From an uncultured Clostridia bacterium (GTDB taxonomy: Bacteria; Bacillota; Clostridia; Peptostreptococcales; Anaerovoracaceae), in the NCBI GenBank assembly GCA_934281605.1, contig CAKQXD010000008.1, positions 15,114 to 79,113 on the forward strand: a stretch of 64,000 bases of DNA. Direction: 5' to 3'. This document shows positions 28,754 to 40,569 of the stretch, in pieces. Under the pieces are notes generated by a model. The model ran no database searches. It saw only the letters and a program-made list of their open reading frames with translations, and had not been told where the DNA came from. The position numbers and the translations under genes were made by a program. Every line of letters starts with the position of its first letter. Position 1 is the stretch's first letter.

Positions 28754-29043
28754 TGAAAACTCCTTACGATGTAGTGCTGAAGCCGGTTATCTCCGAAAAG
28801 AGTATGGAAGACGCACAGGTAAAGAAATATACATTCAAAGTTGCTGTAGATGCTAACAAAACAGAAGTGAAGCACGCAGTAGAAGAAATCTTTGATGTAG
28901 AAGTTGCTAAAGTCAACATCATGAACGTTGTAGGAAAGAAAAAGAGAATGGGAAGATACGTAGGTATGACTGCTGCCAGCAAGAAAGCAATCGTAACACT
29001 TACTGAAAAGAGTAAGGAAATCGAATTCTTCCAGAGTCTGTAA
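28753..29043 (+). CDS. rplW: 50S ribosomal protein L23
   Basis: sequence and order. Confidence 0.9.
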   Translation: MKTPYDVVLKPVISEKSMEDAQVKKYTFKVAVDANKTEVKHAVEEIFDVEVAKVNIMNVVGKKKRMGRYVGMTAASKKAIVTLTEKSKEIEFFQSL

Positions 29044-29062
29044 ATATAGGAGGTAGGTAAAG

Positions 29063-29896
29063 ATGGCAATCAAAAAATACAATCCGACCACTCCTGGTTT
29101 AAGAGGAATGACGGTTTCCACTTTCGAGGAAATCACTTGCGATACACCGGAGAAGTCCCTGACAGTAACTCTGAAAAAGCATGCCGGAAGAAACGTTAGA
29201 GGCAAGATCACGGTAAGACACAGAGGCGGCGGATACAGACCGAAGTACAGAATCATCGACTTCAAGAGAGACAAGGACGGTGTTCCTGGTACAGTAGCAA
29301 CGATCGAATACGATCCGAACAGAACTGCTAACATCGCTCTGATCAACTACGCTGACGGTGAGAAGAGATACATCATCGCACCGAACAAGCTGAACGTTGG
29401 AGACGTGATCGAGTCCGGAGCTGAAGCTGATATCAAGGTTGGTAACGCTCTTCCGCTGGCAAACATTCCGGTAGGTACGATCATCCACAACGTAGAACTG
29501 AAGCCTGGCAAGGGCGGACAGATGGTTAGATCCGCTGGTAACGGCGCTCAGCTGATGGCTAAGGAAGGCGCTTTCGCTCAGGTAAGACTGCCGTCCGGAG
29601 AAGTTAGAAAAATCCACATCGGATGCAGAGCAACGATCGGTGAAGTCGGCAACCTCGACCACCAGAACATCCAGATCGGTAAAGCAGGTAGAAAAAGACA
29701 CATGGGTATCAGACCTACAGTAAGAGGTTCCGTAATGAACCCGAACGATCACCCTCATGGTGGTGGTGAAGGTAAGGCTGGAATCGGTCGTGTAAGTCCG
29801 GTAACTCCTTGGGGTAAACCTGCACTGGGATATAAGACAAGAAAGAAGAAAAAAGCATCCGATAAATATATCGTAAAGAGAAGAAACGAAAAATAA
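29063..29896 (+). CDS. rplB: 50S ribosomal protein L2
   Basis: [12 protein letters not shown].. Confidence 0.9.
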   Translation: MAIKKYNPTTPGLRGMTVSTFEEITCDTPEKSLTVTLKKHAGRNVRGKITVRHRGGGYRPKYRIIDFKRDKDGVPGTVATIEYDPNRTANIALINYADGEKRYIIAPNKLNVGDVIESGAEADIKVGNALPLANIPVGTIIHNVELKPGKGGQMVRSAGNGAQLMAKEGAFAQVRLPSGEVRKIHIGCRATIGEVGNLDHQNIQIGKAGRKRHMGIRPTVRGSVMNPNDHPHGGGEGKAGIGRVSPVTPWGKPALGYKTRKKKKASDKYIVKRRNEK

Positions 29897-29914
29897 TCAG
29901 GAAGGAGCAGAATA

Positions 29915-30187
29915 ATGGGCAGATCACTTAAAAAGGGTCCTTTCGTCAACGCTAAGCTGCTGAGAACCATTGAAGAAATGAACGCAGCTAACGATAAGAA
30001 AGTAGTTAAGACATGGTCAAGACCATCGACCATATTCCCGCAGATGGTTGGACATACCATCGCAGTGCATGACGGCAGAAAGCACGTGCCTGTATATATC
30101 ACGGAAGACATGGTAGGTCACAGATTGGGAGAATTTGCTCCTACCAGAACTTACAGAGGCCATGCCGCAGATAAGAAATCAAAGTAA
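29915..30187 (+). CDS. rpsS: 30S ribosomal protein S19
   Basis: [11 protein letters not shown]. Confidence 0.9.
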   Translation: MGRSLKKGPFVNAKLLRTIEEMNAANDKKVVKTWSRPSTIFPQMVGHTIAVHDGRKHVPVYITEDMVGHRLGEFAPTRTYRGHAADKKSK

Positions 30188-30206
30188 GAAAAGGAGATAA
30201 TTGAAA

Positions 30207-30539
30207 ATGGAAGCAAAAGCAATTGCAAAATACGTAAGAATGTCTCCTATCAAGCTTAAGCCTGTTACGGATCTCGTAAGAGGAAAAGACTTAAATGAGG
30301 CATTGAACATCTTAAAATTCACTCCGGGCAAGGGAGCTGAAATAGTAGAAAAGGTTGTAAAGTCTGCAGCAGCAAATGCAGATGTAAAAGAAATGAACAC
30401 TGACAACCTGTATGTAGCTGAAGTTTATGCTCATCAGGGACCGACTATGAAAAGATGGAGAGCTGGATCGCAGGGTAGAGCATCGATAATCTTAAAGAGA
30501 AGCAGCCATGTGGGCGTGACTCTGAAGGAAAAGAATTAA
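30207..30539 (+). CDS. rplV: 50S ribosomal protein L22
   Basis: MEAKAIAKYVRMSPIKLK; ATG 30207 preferred over TTG 30201. Confidence 0.85.
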   Translation: MEAKAIAKYVRMSPIKLKPVTDLVRGKDLNEALNILKFTPGKGAEIVEKVVKSAAANADVKEMNTDNLYVAEVYAHQGPTMKRWRAGSQGRASIILKRSSHVGVTLKEKN

Positions 30540-30558
30540 GAATAGGAGGTTTCATTAG

Positions 30559-31434
30559 ATGGGTCAGAAAGTAAGTCCACACGGACTGAGAGTAGGCGTT
30601 ATTAAAGACTGGGATTCCAAATGGTATGCAGACAAGAGCAAGTTCGCAGACTACCTGGTTGAAGACAACAAAGTCAGAGATTTCGTAAAGAAAAAATTAT
30701 ATGTTGCCGGCGTATCTAAGATCGTCCTGGAAAGAGCAGCAGAGAATAAACTGAAAGTGATCGTTATGACAGCAAGACCTGGTATGGTAATCGGAAGATC
30801 CGGAACAGGAATTGAAGATCTGAAATCTGAACTCGAAAAGATGACAGGCAAGACGATCATCATCGACATCAAAGAAGTAAGAAGAACAGAACTGGATGCA
30901 CAGCTGACTGCAGAAAGCATCGCACAGGCTCTGGAAAGAAGAGTTTCCTTCAGAAGAGCTATGAAGCAGGCGATCGGCAGAACCATGAAGGCTGGCGCTA
31001 AGGGCATTAAGGTCCTCACATCCGGAAGACTCGGCGGAGCTGAAATCGCCAGATCCGAAAAGTACAGCGAAGGTAACGTTCCTCTCCACACGCTGAGAGC
31101 TGACATCGACTACGGATTTGCAGAAGCAGATACGACTTACGGCAAGCTGGGCGTTAAGGTTTGGATCAACCACGGCGAAATCCTCGACAAAGGCCTGAAG
31201 AGTGCAGTTCCTGAAGACAAGGAAGGCAGAAGAGACGGCAAGAAGAGAGGCGACAGAAGACCGAGAAGGGATGGAGACAGAAGACAGAGAAGAAACGACA
31301 GAAACGACAGAAACGAAATTCCTAAGGCAGCAAACATCAGAGTAAGAAAAGCTCCTGTAGCGGAAGCTCCAGAAGCACAGGTTGAAGAAGCACAGGTTTC
31401 TGCAGAAACAGCAGAAGCAACTACTGAAGAATAG
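30559..31434 (+). CDS. rpsC: 30S ribosomal protein S3 with roughly 70-aa charged C-terminal extension
   Basis: [14 protein letters not shown]; 291 aa versus about 220 typical; tail [27 protein letters not shown] then acidic EA repeats. Confidence 0.9.
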   Translation: MGQKVSPHGLRVGVIKDWDSKWYADKSKFADYLVEDNKVRDFVKKKLYVAGVSKIVLERAAENKLKVIVMTARPGMVIGRSGTGIEDLKSELEKMTGKTIIIDIKEVRRTELDAQLTAESIAQALERRVSFRRAMKQAIGRTMKAGAKGIKVLTSGRLGGAEIARSEKYSEGNVPLHTLRADIDYGFAEADTTYGKLGVKVWINHGEILDKGLKSAVPEDKEGRRDGKKRGDRRPRRDGDRRQRRNDRNDRNEIPKAANIRVRKAPVAEAPEAQVEEAQVSAETAEATTEE

Positions 31435-31460
31435 ACATTGGTGAAAGGAGGACACGCGTC

Positions 31461-31895
31461 ATGTTAATGCCAAAGCGCGTTAAACGCAGAAGAGTCCACA
31501 GAGGCAGAATGAAGGGTAAGGCCACTAAGGGCAACACCATCACATACGGTGATTATGGTCTTACAGCGACTGAATGTGGATGGATCACTTCAAATCAGAT
31601 TGAAGCAGCCAGAATCGCTATGACAAGATCCGTTAAAAGAGGTGGTAAGGTTTACATCAAAATCTTCCCTCATAAGTCCGTTACTAAGAAGCCTGCAGAA
31701 GTACGTATGGGTTCCGGTAAAGGTGCTCCTGAGTACTGGGTAGCAGTTGTTAAACCAGGCAGAGTTATGTTTGAGATTGAAGGTGTTACAGAGGCTCAGG
31801 CAAGAGAAGCTATGAGACTTGCATCCCACAAGCTGCCGGTTAAGTGTAAATTTGCCATCAGTGAAAAGATCGCAGAAAAGGGTGGTGAAGCATAA
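31461..31895 (+). CDS. rplP: 50S ribosomal protein L16
   Basis: [10 protein letters not shown]. Confidence 0.9.
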   Translation: MLMPKRVKRRRVHRGRMKGKATKGNTITYGDYGLTATECGWITSNQIEAARIAMTRSVKRGGKVYIKIFPHKSVTKKPAEVRMGSGKGAPEYWVAVVKPGRVMFEIEGVTEAQAREAMRLASHKLPVKCKFAISEKIAEKGGEA

Positions 31896-32098
31896 TGGAA
31901 TTAAAGAAAATCAGAGAAATGTCAGAAGCGGAACTGAACAGTGAACTGGTAAGAATGAAGAAAGACCTGTTCAACCTCAGATTCCAGCACGTTACGGGAC
32001 AGCTTGAAAACCCGATCAAAATGCGTGAAACAAAGAGAGATATCGCTAGAGTGAAGACCATTATCAGGGAAAAAGAACTTGCTAAGGTTCAGGACTAA
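31895..32098 (+). CDS. rpmC: 50S ribosomal protein L29
   Basis: sequence and order. Confidence 0.85.
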   Translation: MELKKIREMSEAELNSELVRMKKDLFNLRFQHVTGQLENPIKMRETKRDIARVKTIIREKELAKVQD

Positions 32099-32116
32099 CG
32101 GAAAGGAGGATGGATT

Positions 32117-32377
32117 ATGGCAGTTGAAAGAAACAGAAGAAAGACAAGAGTCGGCATGGTAATCAGCGACAAGATGGATAAGACAATTGTCGTTGCGGTA
32201 GAAGACTTCGTAAGACATTCCCTTTACGGAAAGGCTGTAAAGAGAACCAAGAAGATCAAAGCCCATGACGAAAACAATGAATGTAACATCGGTGATAAAG
32301 TAAGAATCATGGAGACAAGACCTCTTTCTAAGGATAAGAGATGGAGACTTGTCAACATTGTTGAGAAAGTGAAGTAA
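32117..32377 (+). CDS. rpsQ: 30S ribosomal protein S17
   Basis: sequence and order. Confidence 0.9.
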   Translation: MAVERNRRKTRVGMVISDKMDKTIVVAVEDFVRHSLYGKAVKRTKKIKAHDENNECNIGDKVRIMETRPLSKDKRWRLVNIVEKVK

Positions 32378-32392
32378 AGGAGGCGCCTGGCA

Positions 32393-32761
32393 ATGATTCA
32401 GACTGAAACAAGATTAAAGGTGGCTGACAACTCCGGAGCGAAAGAACTGTTATGCATCCGTATTCTGGGCGGAACGAGCCGTCAGTATGCTAACATCGGC
32501 GACGTGATCGTATGCGCTGTAAAGGATGCTGCACCGGGCGGAGTTGTGAAAAAGAGCGACGTAGTCAGAGCTGTTGTAGTTAGAACAAAGCATGGTGCCA
32601 GAAGAGCAGACGGCAGCTATGTAAAGTTCGACCAGAACGCAGCAGTAATTATTAAAGATGATTTACAACCGGTTGGAACCCGTATCTTCGGACCAGTAGC
32701 AAGAGAACTGAGAGATAAGGGCTTCATGAAGATAGTGTCCCTGGCACCGGAAGTATTATAG
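32393..32761 (+). CDS. rplN: 50S ribosomal protein L14
   Basis: [19 protein letters not shown]. Confidence 0.9.
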   Translation: MIQTETRLKVADNSGAKELLCIRILGGTSRQYANIGDVIVCAVKDAAPGGVVKKSDVVRAVVVRTKHGARRADGSYVKFDQNAAVIIKDDLQPVGTRIFGPVARELRDKGFMKIVSLAPEVL

Positions 32762-32773
32762 GAGGTGTACGAG

Positions 32774-33079
32774 ATGCGAATTAAGAAAGATGACACAGTA
32801 ATCGTACTGACCGGAAAAGACAAAGGCAAGACCGGGAAAGTATTGAAGGCAATGCCGAAAGACGGCAAAGTGATCGTAGAAGGCGTTAACATTCAGACAA
32901 AGCATCAGAAGCAGACCCAGAAAGAAGCTGCAGAAATCAAGCATCAGGAAGGTCCGATCGATGTATCTAATGTTATGTACTATGATGCTAAGACAAAAGC
33001 ACCGACAAGAATCGGTTACAAAGTAGAAAACGGCAAGAAGGTCAGAGTTTCCAAGAAGACCGGCGCCGTAATCGACTAG
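32774..33079 (+). CDS. rplX: 50S ribosomal protein L24
   Basis: [19 protein letters not shown]; ATG 32774 with GGAGG RBS. Confidence 0.85.
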   Translation: MRIKKDDTVIVLTGKDKGKTGKVLKAMPKDGKVIVEGVNIQTKHQKQTQKEAAEIKHQEGPIDVSNVMYYDAKTKAPTRIGYKVENGKKVRVSKKTGAVID

Positions 33080-33096
33080 GAAAGGAGGAGACGATT

Positions 33097-33639
33097 TTGG
33101 CAGCAAGATTAAAAGACACTTATAAAAACACCGTATTTTCTGCTCTGATGGATCAGTTTAAATACGACAACGTAATGGAAGTTCCAAAGCTTGAAAAAGT
33201 TACGATCAACATGGGTCTGGGCGAAGCGAAGGAAAACGCTAAGATCATGGAGAGTGCAGTAGAAGAAATCGGTCTGATCACAGGTCAGAGACCGGTAGTA
33301 ACAAGAGCCAGAAAGTCCATCGCAAACTTCAAAGTAAGACAGGGAATGCCGGTTGGCGCTAAGGTTACCTTAAGAGGCGACAACATGTACACTTTCATCG
33401 ACAAGCTCTTCAACATCGCTCTTCCGAGAGTAAGAGACTTCAAGGGTGTGAGCAAGAATTCCTTCGATGGAAGAGGAAACTACTCCATGGGTATCAAGGA
33501 ACAGCTTATCTTCCCTGAAATCAACTACGATAAGGTAGATACTATCAAGGGCATGAACATTGTATTTACGACAACGGCTAAGACAGACGAAGAAGCAGCA
33601 GCTCTGCTCGCAGGTCTCGGTCTGCCGTTTGAGAAATAG
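33097..33639 (+). CDS. rplE: 50S ribosomal protein L5 (TTG start)
   Basis: sequence and order. Confidence 0.85.
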   Translation: MAARLKDTYKNTVFSALMDQFKYDNVMEVPKLEKVTINMGLGEAKENAKIMESAVEEIGLITGQRPVVTRARKSIANFKVRQGMPVGAKVTLRGDNMYTFIDKLFNIALPRVRDFKGVSKNSFDGRGNYSMGIKEQLIFPEINYDKVDTIKGMNIVFTTTAKTDEEAAALLAGLGLPFEK

Positions 33640-33652
33640 AAGGAGGAAGACG

Positions 33653-33838
33653 ATGGCTAAAACATCTCTCAAAGTAAAACAGCAGAGAAAACCGAAGTTT
33701 TCCACACGTGCATATACCAGATGCAAGATCTGCGGAAGACCGCACTCCGTACTGAAAAAGTACGGCATCTGCCGTATCTGCTTCCGTGAACTGGCTTACA
33801 AGGGCGAGATTCCGGGTGTGAAGAAGGCTTCCTGGTAA
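33653..33838 (+). CDS. rpsZ: 30S ribosomal protein S14 type Z (zinc-binding, 61 aa)
   Basis: [48 protein letters not shown]; CxxC..CxxC. Confidence 0.9.
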   Translation: MAKTSLKVKQQRKPKFSTRAYTRCKICGRPHSVLKKYGICRICFRELAYKGEIPGVKKASW

Positions 33839-33964
33839 ATCGCTTGCGAAACGCGATTCCAAACAGGTAATTTTTCCAGCATCGCTGGGAATATATAAAA
33901 AACGTTAAAACTACTATTTGCCAAGTTGCAAAGAATGCAAAACTAGCAGAGGAGGAACAACACA

Positions 33965-34363
33965 ATGACAATGACAGATCCAATTGCGGATATGCTGACC
34001 AGAATCCGGAACGCAAATACCGCAGGTCATCCGACAGTAGAGATCCCGGCTTCTAAGATGAAGAAGTCCATCGCAGGAATACTGAAGGAAGAAGGATACA
34101 TCGAGGATTTTGAAGTAATCGATGACAACAAGCAGGGCATGATCAAGGTTACCATGAAATATGGTCCTGACAAAGAAAGAGTTATCAGCGGAATCAGAAA
34201 GATTTCCAAGCCGGGACTGAAGTCCTATGCGAAGGCAAACGAAATCCCTAGAGTTCTGGGTGGACTGGGTATCGCAGTAATCTCCACTTCCAAGGGAGTT
34301 ATCAGTGACAAGGAAGCCAGAAAGCTGGGCATCGGCGGCGAAGTAATCTGTTATGTATGGTAG
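33965..34363 (+). CDS. rpsH: 30S ribosomal protein S8
   Basis: [18 protein letters not shown]. Confidence 0.9.
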   Translation: MTMTDPIADMLTRIRNANTAGHPTVEIPASKMKKSIAGILKEEGYIEDFEVIDDNKQGMIKVTMKYGPDKERVISGIRKISKPGLKSYAKANEIPRVLGGLGIAVISTSKGVISDKEARKLGIGGEVICYVW

Positions 34364-34375
34364 GAGGATATAGAA

Positions 34376-34921
34376 ATGTCAAGAATAGGACTTAAACCAA
34401 TCACTCTTCCTGCCGGCGTAGAGGTCAAAGTTGGAGACAAGAATGTCATCAGCGTTAAGGGACCGAAGGGCGAACTGCAGGAAAAGGTAAGCAGCTTATT
34501 AACAGTTGAAAATAAAGACGGCGTTGTAACCGTATCCAGAAGCAGCGATGCTGCAGAGCACAGAGCACAGCATGGTCTGGCTAGAACACTCATCAGCAAC
34601 ATGGTGAAGGGTGTAACAGAAGGCTATGAAAAGAAGCTCCTGCTGGTAGGCGTTGGTTACAAAGCTGAGAAAAAGGGAAACAAGCTGGTGATGAACCTCG
34701 GTTTCTCTCATCCGATCGAACTGGAAGATCCGGAAGGAATCACGACAGAAGCACCGGATGCAACAACAGTAGTCGTTAAAGGAATTGACAAAGCACAGGT
34801 TGGCAACTACGCTGCGAACATCAGAGCTTACAGAAGACCTGAACCTTACAAGGGCAAGGGTATCAAGTACGATGGTGAAGTTATTCGCAGAAAAGAAGGT
34901 AAAACCGGGGCTTCATCTTAA
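34376..34921 (+). CDS. rplF: 50S ribosomal protein L6
   Basis: sequence and order. Confidence 0.9.
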   Translation: MSRIGLKPITLPAGVEVKVGDKNVISVKGPKGELQEKVSSLLTVENKDGVVTVSRSSDAAEHRAQHGLARTLISNMVKGVTEGYEKKLLLVGVGYKAEKKGNKLVMNLGFSHPIELEDPEGITTEAPDATTVVVKGIDKAQVGNYAANIRAYRRPEPYKGKGIKYDGEVIRRKEGKTGASS

Positions 34922-34939
34922 AGAAAGGAGTAAAGTAAA

Positions 34940-35305
34940 ATGGCTAAAGAAAGCAGAAATGATAGACGTGTTGCTAGACACAAGAGAATCAGAAAAAATC
35001 TTACTGGTACTCCTGAGAAGCCTAGACTTTGCGTTTTCAGAAGTAACAAGAACATTTCAGTTCAGATTATCGACGATGTGAATGGAGTTACACTTGCTTC
35101 CGCATCTACTATCGACAAGGAATTAAAGTCTGACATCGCATATGGCGGCAACAAAGACGCTGCGAAAGCAGTAGGAGAAGCTATTGCAAAGAGAGCACTG
35201 GCAAAGGGTATCGAAGAAGTAACCTTTGACAGAGGCGGATTCCTCTATCACGGAAGAGTTAAGGAACTTGCTGACGGTGCTCGTGAAGCAGGTTTAAAAT
35301 TCTAA
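34940..35305 (+). CDS. rplR: 50S ribosomal protein L18
   Basis: sequence and order. Confidence 0.9.
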   Translation: MAKESRNDRRVARHKRIRKNLTGTPEKPRLCVFRSNKNISVQIIDDVNGVTLASASTIDKELKSDIAYGGNKDAAKAVGEAIAKRALAKGIEEVTFDRGGFLYHGRVKELADGAREAGLKF

Positions 35306-35320
35306 CAGGAGGTAAGTTGA

Positions 35321-35824
35321 ATGCGAAACACTATAGATGCATCCAAGCTGGACTTAAATGAAACTATTGTAAACATCAGACGTGTTGCTAAGACTGTTAA
35401 GGGCGGACGTAACATGAGATTCAGCGTTACAGTAGTTGTAGGCGACGGAGATGGACATGTAGGCGTTGGCCTCGGCAAAGCGCAGGAAATTCCGGAAGCT
35501 GTAAGAAAAGCAACAGAAGATGCGAAGAAGAAACTCATAACCGTTCCTATGGTAGGAACAACGATCCCTCATAGAAACCTGGGCGTATTCGGTGCAGGAA
35601 GAGTTCTCCTGATGCCGGCTGCTCCTGGTACCGGCGTTATCGCAGGTTCCTCTGTACGTACAGTACTGGAAGCTGCAGGCCTGAAAGACGTTCGTGCGAA
35701 GTCCATCGGCTCCAACAACACCGGCAACATGGCATACGCTGCACTGGAAGGTCTGAAGAACCTGATGACAGTGGAAGAGGTTGCTAGAAAAAGAGGAAAA
35801 ACGAAGGAAGAAATCTTAGGATAA
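35321..35824 (+). CDS. rpsE: 30S ribosomal protein S5
   Basis: sequence and order. Confidence 0.9.
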   Translation: MRNTIDASKLDLNETIVNIRRVAKTVKGGRNMRFSVTVVVGDGDGHVGVGLGKAQEIPEAVRKATEDAKKKLITVPMVGTTIPHRNLGVFGAGRVLLMPAAPGTGVIAGSSVRTVLEAAGLKDVRAKSIGSNNTGNMAYAALEGLKNLMTVEEVARKRGKTKEEILG

Positions 35825-35837
35825 GGAGGAAGAAGCA

Positions 35838-36020
35838 ATGGCAAAGATGATCAAAGTCACATTGACAAAGAGTGTTATTGGCGCTTCCCCGAAACAGAAA
35901 AAGGTTGTAGAAGCGTTAGGACTTAAGAAGATGCACCAGTCAGTTGAATTAGTAGACTCTCCTGTAACAAGAGGGGCAGTAAACAAGGTATCGCATCTTT
36001 TAACTGTAGAAGAGTTATAG
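35838..36020 (+). CDS. rpmD: 50S ribosomal protein L30
   Basis: sequence and order. Confidence 0.85.
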   Translation: MAKMIKVTLTKSVIGASPKQKKVVEALGLKKMHQSVELVDSPVTRGAVNKVSHLLTVEEL

Positions 36021-36040
36021 GATAGGAGGTGCAAAGAGAA

Positions 36041-36481
36041 ATGAAACTGCATGAATTAAGAGCGGTTCCGGGTGCAACAAAAGCACCTAAGAGAAAGGGC
36101 CGCGGTACAGCTACAGGACAGGGCAAAACTGCAGGACGTGGTATGAACGGTCAGAAGTCGAGAAGCGGCGGCGGCGTTAGACCTGGTTTCGAAGGCGGAC
36201 AGATGCCTCTCTACAGAAGAATTCCGAAGAGAGGATTTACAAACATCTGGGCAACAGAATACACTGTTTTAAATGTAGAAGATTTAAACAGATTTGATGC
36301 AGGTACTGTTGTTACGCCGGAACTGATCAAAGAAGCCGGCATGGCAAAACAGGTAAAAGACGGTATCAAGATTCTTGGCAACGGAACGCTGGAGAAGAAC
36401 CTGACAGTAAAGGCCCATAAGTTCAGCAAGACTGCTGTAGAAAAAATAGAATCTGCCGGAGGAAAGGCAGAGGTGATCTAA
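36041..36481 (+). CDS. rplO: 50S ribosomal protein L15
   Basis: [12 protein letters not shown]; ATG 36041. Confidence 0.9.
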   Translation: MKLHELRAVPGATKAPKRKGRGTATGQGKTAGRGMNGQKSRSGGGVRPGFEGGQMPLYRRIPKRGFTNIWATEYTVLNVEDLNRFDAGTVVTPELIKEAGMAKQVKDGIKILGNGTLEKNLTVKAHKFSKTAVEKIESAGGKAEVI

Positions 36482-37764
36482 TGGAGATGCTCAGAACAGT
36501 CGCAAAAGCTTGGAACATCCCGGACATCAGAAAGAAGATAATCTTCACCCTTCTGATGCTCCTCATATTCCGGATCGGGTCTCAGATCCCGGTTCCGGGA
36601 ATTGACCGGGAAGTTCTTTCGCAGACTTTCAATAGTGAAACAGGACTTTTTGCTCTGTTCAATCTGTTTTCTGGAGGCGCATTCAGTAACTTCACGATAT
36701 TTGCGCTGAGTATCACACCATACATCACAGCCTCCATCATACTTCAGCTCCTGACCATCGCAGTTCCTTCCCTGGAACGGCTGGCAAGAGAAGGTACGGA
36801 GGGAAGAAAGAAAATTGCACAGTACACCAGATATCTGACGGTGCTGCTGGCAATCGTGCAGGCGATCGGCGTTTCCATCGGACTGTTCCGACAGGCGCTG
36901 GTCAGCACGGATGTTTTCTCCGTAACAGTGATCGTACTCGTACTTACCGCAGGAACCGCATTTCTCATGTGGCTCGGTGAGCAGATCAACGATCACGGTA
37001 TCGGAAACGGGATCTCGCTGATCATCTTCGCAGGTATCATCGCGAGACTGCCGTCTGCTATTCAGGAAATCTGGGTAAAGCTTCAGGAAGGAAGCATGAG
37101 TGTTGTCACACTGATCGTATTCGTGATCTTCTGCGTTGTTGTAATCGTTGGTATCATCGAAGTACAGCAGGGTCAGAGAAGAATCCCGGTTCAGTATGCT
37201 AAGAGAGTTGTCGGCAGAAAGATGTACGGCGGCCAGGCAACACATATTCCGCTCAAGGTGAATCAGGCCGGAGTTATCCCGGTAATCTTCGCCATGTCAT
37301 TCCTGCAGTTCCCGCTGACCATCACATACTTCATGAATTCGGACAGCGGAGCAGCAGCCTGGATCGAAAAATGGCTGTCACCGACAGGAACCCCGGGCGT
37401 GTGGGTATACGCTGCGTTCAATGTTGTGTTGATTATTTTCTTCACATATTTCTACACATCCGTTACCTTCAATCCGATGGAAGTAGCACAAAACATGAAA
37501 GCCAACGGCGGCTTCATCCCAGGAATCCGGCCGGGCAAGGCTACAGTGGAATACCTGAACAGAGTTATGACAAGAATCACATTTGTTGGAGCACTGTTCC
37601 TGGCTGCAGTAGCAATCCTGCCGACGATCGTCAGCCAGCTGGGCGGACTCAACTTCCACTTTGGTGGAACGTCACTTCTGATCGCAGTTGGTGTTGCGCT
37701 GGATACGATGAAACAGCTTGAGAATCAGATGGTAATGAGAAATTACCAGGGATTTCTGAAATAG
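36481..37764 (+). CDS. secY: preprotein translocase subunit SecY
   Basis: 10 TM helices, IRKKIIFTLLMLLIFRIGSQIPVPG. Confidence 0.9.
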   Translation: MEMLRTVAKAWNIPDIRKKIIFTLLMLLIFRIGSQIPVPGIDREVLSQTFNSETGLFALFNLFSGGAFSNFTIFALSITPYITASIILQLLTIAVPSLERLAREGTEGRKKIAQYTRYLTVLLAIVQAIGVSIGLFRQALVSTDVFSVTVIVLVLTAGTAFLMWLGEQINDHGIGNGISLIIFAGIIARLPSAIQEIWVKLQEGSMSVVTLIVFVIFCVVVIVGIIEVQQGQRRIPVQYAKRVVGRKMYGGQATHIPLKVNQAGVIPVIFAMSFLQFPLTITYFMNSDSGAAAWIEKWLSPTGTPGVWVYAAFNVVLIIFFTYFYTSVTFNPMEVAQNMKANGGFIPGIRPGKATVEYLNRVMTRITFVGALFLAAVAILPTIVSQLGGLNFHFGGTSLLIAVGVALDTMKQLENQMVMRNYQGFLK

Positions 37765-37785
37765 TATCTCATCAGGAGGAAAGAG

Positions 37786-38430
37786 ATGAATTTGATTTTA
37801 TTAGGCCCTCCGGGAGCCGGTAAAGGCACACAGGCTGCCAAGATTATTGAAAAATATAATATCCCGCACATTTCCACAGGCGACATTTTCCGTGCCAACA
37901 TCAAGGAAGGCACGGAGCTGGGGAAGAAAGCGCAGGAATACATGAACAAAGGAGAACTGGTTCCGGATGAACTGGTAGTGGAGATCGCTACCGACAGACT
38001 GAAGAAAGACGACTGCAAGGACGGCTTCCTTCTGGATGGATTCCCACGGACTGTGTTCCAGGCTGAAAAGCTGGATGAATTCCTGTCTGCACAGGGCAAG
38101 AAAGTAGACCACGTTCTCGATATCGACGTCGATAAAGAGGAACTGATGGTGAGACTGACTGGAAGAAGAGTCTGCAAGACTTGCGGAGCATCTTTCCACG
38201 TTGTCAATATTCCTCCTAAAAAAGAAGGAATCTGCGATGTATGCGGTGCTGAGCTGGTGCAGAGAGCAGACGACAACGAAGAGACGGCAGCAAACCGGAT
38301 CGAGGTGTACAATAAAGAAACAAAACCTCTGATCGACTACTATGAAAAAGCAGGAAACATTGCACATGTCGATGGAACTATCGGCCTGGAAAACGTTTTC
38401 AATAAAATCGTTGAAATCGTAGGGGAGTAG
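37786..38430 (+). CDS. adk: adenylate kinase
   Basis: GPPGAGKGTQA; Zn lid CKTCG..CDVCG. Confidence 0.9.
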   Translation: MNLILLGPPGAGKGTQAAKIIEKYNIPHISTGDIFRANIKEGTELGKKAQEYMNKGELVPDELVVEIATDRLKKDDCKDGFLLDGFPRTVFQAEKLDEFLSAQGKKVDHVLDIDVDKEELMVRLTGRRVCKTCGASFHVVNIPPKKEGICDVCGAELVQRADDNEETAANRIEVYNKETKPLIDYYEKAGNIAHVDGTIGLENVFNKIVEIVGE

Positions 38431-38439
38431 ATATTAGAT

Positions 38440-39192
38440 ATGATCATTATTAAATCAGAAGAAGAAATCGATTTAATGCGGATATCGGGCAAGGTGACAG
38501 GAACCATTTTGAGAGATCTGGCAGACTTCATCAAGCCCGGAATATCTACGGCAGACATTGACCGATTTGTAGAAACTACAATACGGGATCACGGAATGAT
38601 TCCGACCTTCAAAGGATACGGCGGATTTCCGGCCAGTGCCTGTGTGTCGATCAATGAAGAAGTTGTACACGGTATTCCGTCCAAGGACAGAATCATCAAA
38701 GAAGGCGATATCGTCAGCGTCGATGTGGGTTCTACCTACAAAGGATACGTCAGCGATGCAGCCAGAACCTATGCGGTAGGTGAGATCAGCAAGGAAGCAC
38801 AGCATCTGATCGATGCGACGAGAGCAAGCTTCTTTGCAGGACTGGAATTTTGCAAAGTCGGCTACAGACTTTCCGATATCTCTCATGCGATCCAGAAGAG
38901 CGCAGAGGGAGAAGGATTCTCTGTTATCCGGGATTTCGTTGGGCACGGCGTCGGACAGCAGATGCATGAAGACCCGCAGATCCCGAATTACGGAAGACCG
39001 GGAAGAGGTCCGAGACTTGCAAGCGGCATGGTCTTTGCGATCGAACCGATGATCTGTGAGGGCAGCTACGATGTAGAAACCCTTTCCAATGACTGGACGG
39101 TCGTAACCCTGGACGGCAAGCTTGCAGCCCATTACGAAAATACTGTGGTTATAACGGACGGTGAGCCGCAGCTGCTCACCCTGGTGGAGTAA
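38440..39192 (+). CDS. map: type I methionine aminopeptidase
   Basis: sequence and order. Confidence 0.9.
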   Translation: MIIIKSEEEIDLMRISGKVTGTILRDLADFIKPGISTADIDRFVETTIRDHGMIPTFKGYGGFPASACVSINEEVVHGIPSKDRIIKEGDIVSVDVGSTYKGYVSDAARTYAVGEISKEAQHLIDATRASFFAGLEFCKVGYRLSDISHAIQKSAEGEGFSVIRDFVGHGVGQQMHEDPQIPNYGRPGRGPRLASGMVFAIEPMICEGSYDVETLSNDWTVVTLDGKLAAHYENTVVITDGEPQLLTLVE

Positions 39193-39206
39193 AGCGAGGT
39201 AAAAGA

Positions 39207-39428
39207 ATGGCGAAAAAAGATGTCATTGAAGCAGAAGGCAAGGTTGTAGAAGCCCAGCCGAATGCGATGTTTATCGTCGAACTTGAAACAGGACACAAAG
39301 TGCTGGCACATGTTTCTGGTAAGATTAGAACAAATTATATCAGGATCATCCCGGGAGACAAGGTAAAGGTGGAGTTATCTCCATACGACCTGACCCGCGG
39401 AAGAATCACCTGGAGAGGAAAAGCTTAA
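39207..39428 (+). CDS. infA: translation initiation factor IF-1
   Basis: [16 protein letters not shown]. Confidence 0.9.
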   Translation: MAKKDVIEAEGKVVEAQPNAMFIVELETGHKVLAHVSGKIRTNYIRIIPGDKVKVELSPYDLTRGRITWRGKA

Positions 39429-39471
39429 ATAGGCGGACAACACAGCAGCATATCCAGTAATTCTGGATTGA

Positions 39472-39609
<138 letters not shown>

Positions 39610-39768
39610 GCGAAAACGCATTTCGCATCAAAATGGTTATATGGCGTCTGGCTCTTTGCCGGAAGCGTATAAATAGTTATTACAACAAAGAACATCCCGT
39701 TTATATTACGACCGCCGACATAAGTCTTCGGCGTGTTACGTGACGGAAGATGGGAACAGGAGGAAAAT

Positions 39769-40137
39769 ATGGCTCGTATAGCCGGTGTAGACTTACCAAA
39801 TGAAAAAAGAATTGAAGCCGGTCTCACCTATATCTACGGAATAGGCTGGACTACTTCCAGAAAAATCTTAGAAAAAACCGGAATAAATCCTGACACAAGA
39901 GTTAAGGATTTAACTGAAGAAGAAGCCGGTAAGATCAGAAAGGTAATCGAAGCTGATTACATGGTAGAAGGTGACCTGAGAAGAGATGTGAACATGAACA
40001 TCAAGCGTCTGATGGAAATCGGATGCTACAGAGGTATTCGTCACAGAAGAGGACTGCCTGTAAGAGGTCAGAAGACAAAGACAAACGCCAGAACCAGAAA
40101 AGGTCCTAAGAAGACCGTAGGTAGAAAGAAGAAGTAA
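39769..40137 (+). CDS. rpsM: 30S ribosomal protein S13
   Basis: [10 protein letters not shown]; ATG 39769 with GGAGG RBS. Confidence 0.9.
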   Translation: MARIAGVDLPNEKRIEAGLTYIYGIGWTTSRKILEKTGINPDTRVKDLTEEEAGKIRKVIEADYMVEGDLRRDVNMNIKRLMEIGCYRGIRHRRGLPVRGQKTKTNARTRKGPKKTVGRKKK

Positions 40138-40152
40138 AGGAGGTAGAACAAT

Positions 40153-40551
40153 ATGGCTAAAGCTGTAAAGAAGGCTGTTAGAAAGAAGAAAAGAGAACGT
40201 AAAAATGTAGAAAAAGGCCAGGCTCATATTCAGGCTACCTTTAACAATACATTAGTGACCCTGACTGACATGGCAGGAAACGCACTTTCCTGGTCCAGCG
40301 CAGGTTCCCTCGGATTTAAAGGCTCCAGAAAGTCCACTCCGTTTGCTGCACAGTCCGCTGCTGAAGAAGCTGCTAAGGGTGCAATGGAACACGGACTGAA
40401 AACCGTTGAAGTTTATGTAAAAGGTCCGGGATCCGGCAGAGAAGCTGCTATCAGAGCACTTCAGACTGCAGGTCTTGAAATCACTATGATCAAAGACATC
40501 ACACCGATTCCGCACAATGGTTGCAGACCGCCGAAACGCAGAAGAGTCTAA
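40153..40551 (+). CDS. rpsK: 30S ribosomal protein S11
   Basis: sequence and order. Confidence 0.9.
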   Translation: MAKAVKKAVRKKKRERKNVEKGQAHIQATFNNTLVTLTDMAGNALSWSSAGSLGFKGSRKSTPFAAQSAAEEAAKGAMEHGLKTVEVYVKGPGSGREAAIRALQTAGLEITMIKDITPIPHNGCRPPKRRRV

Positions 40552-40569
40552 TAGAAGGGAGGAACAACA

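Noticed and set aside
28417-29346. 309-aa minus-strand ORF antisense to rplD-rplW-rplB
   Set aside because: Antisense to universally conserved ribosomal protein genes; its Phe/Ser/Leu-rich composition mirrors AAG/GAA-rich coding on the other strand.
30697-31455. 252-aa minus-strand ORF antisense to rpsC, plus similar antisense ORFs over secY (36478-37245), adk (37743-38312) and map (38473-39132)
   Set aside because: All overlap well-supported housekeeping genes and have low-complexity Cys/Ser/Phe-rich products with no start-site context.
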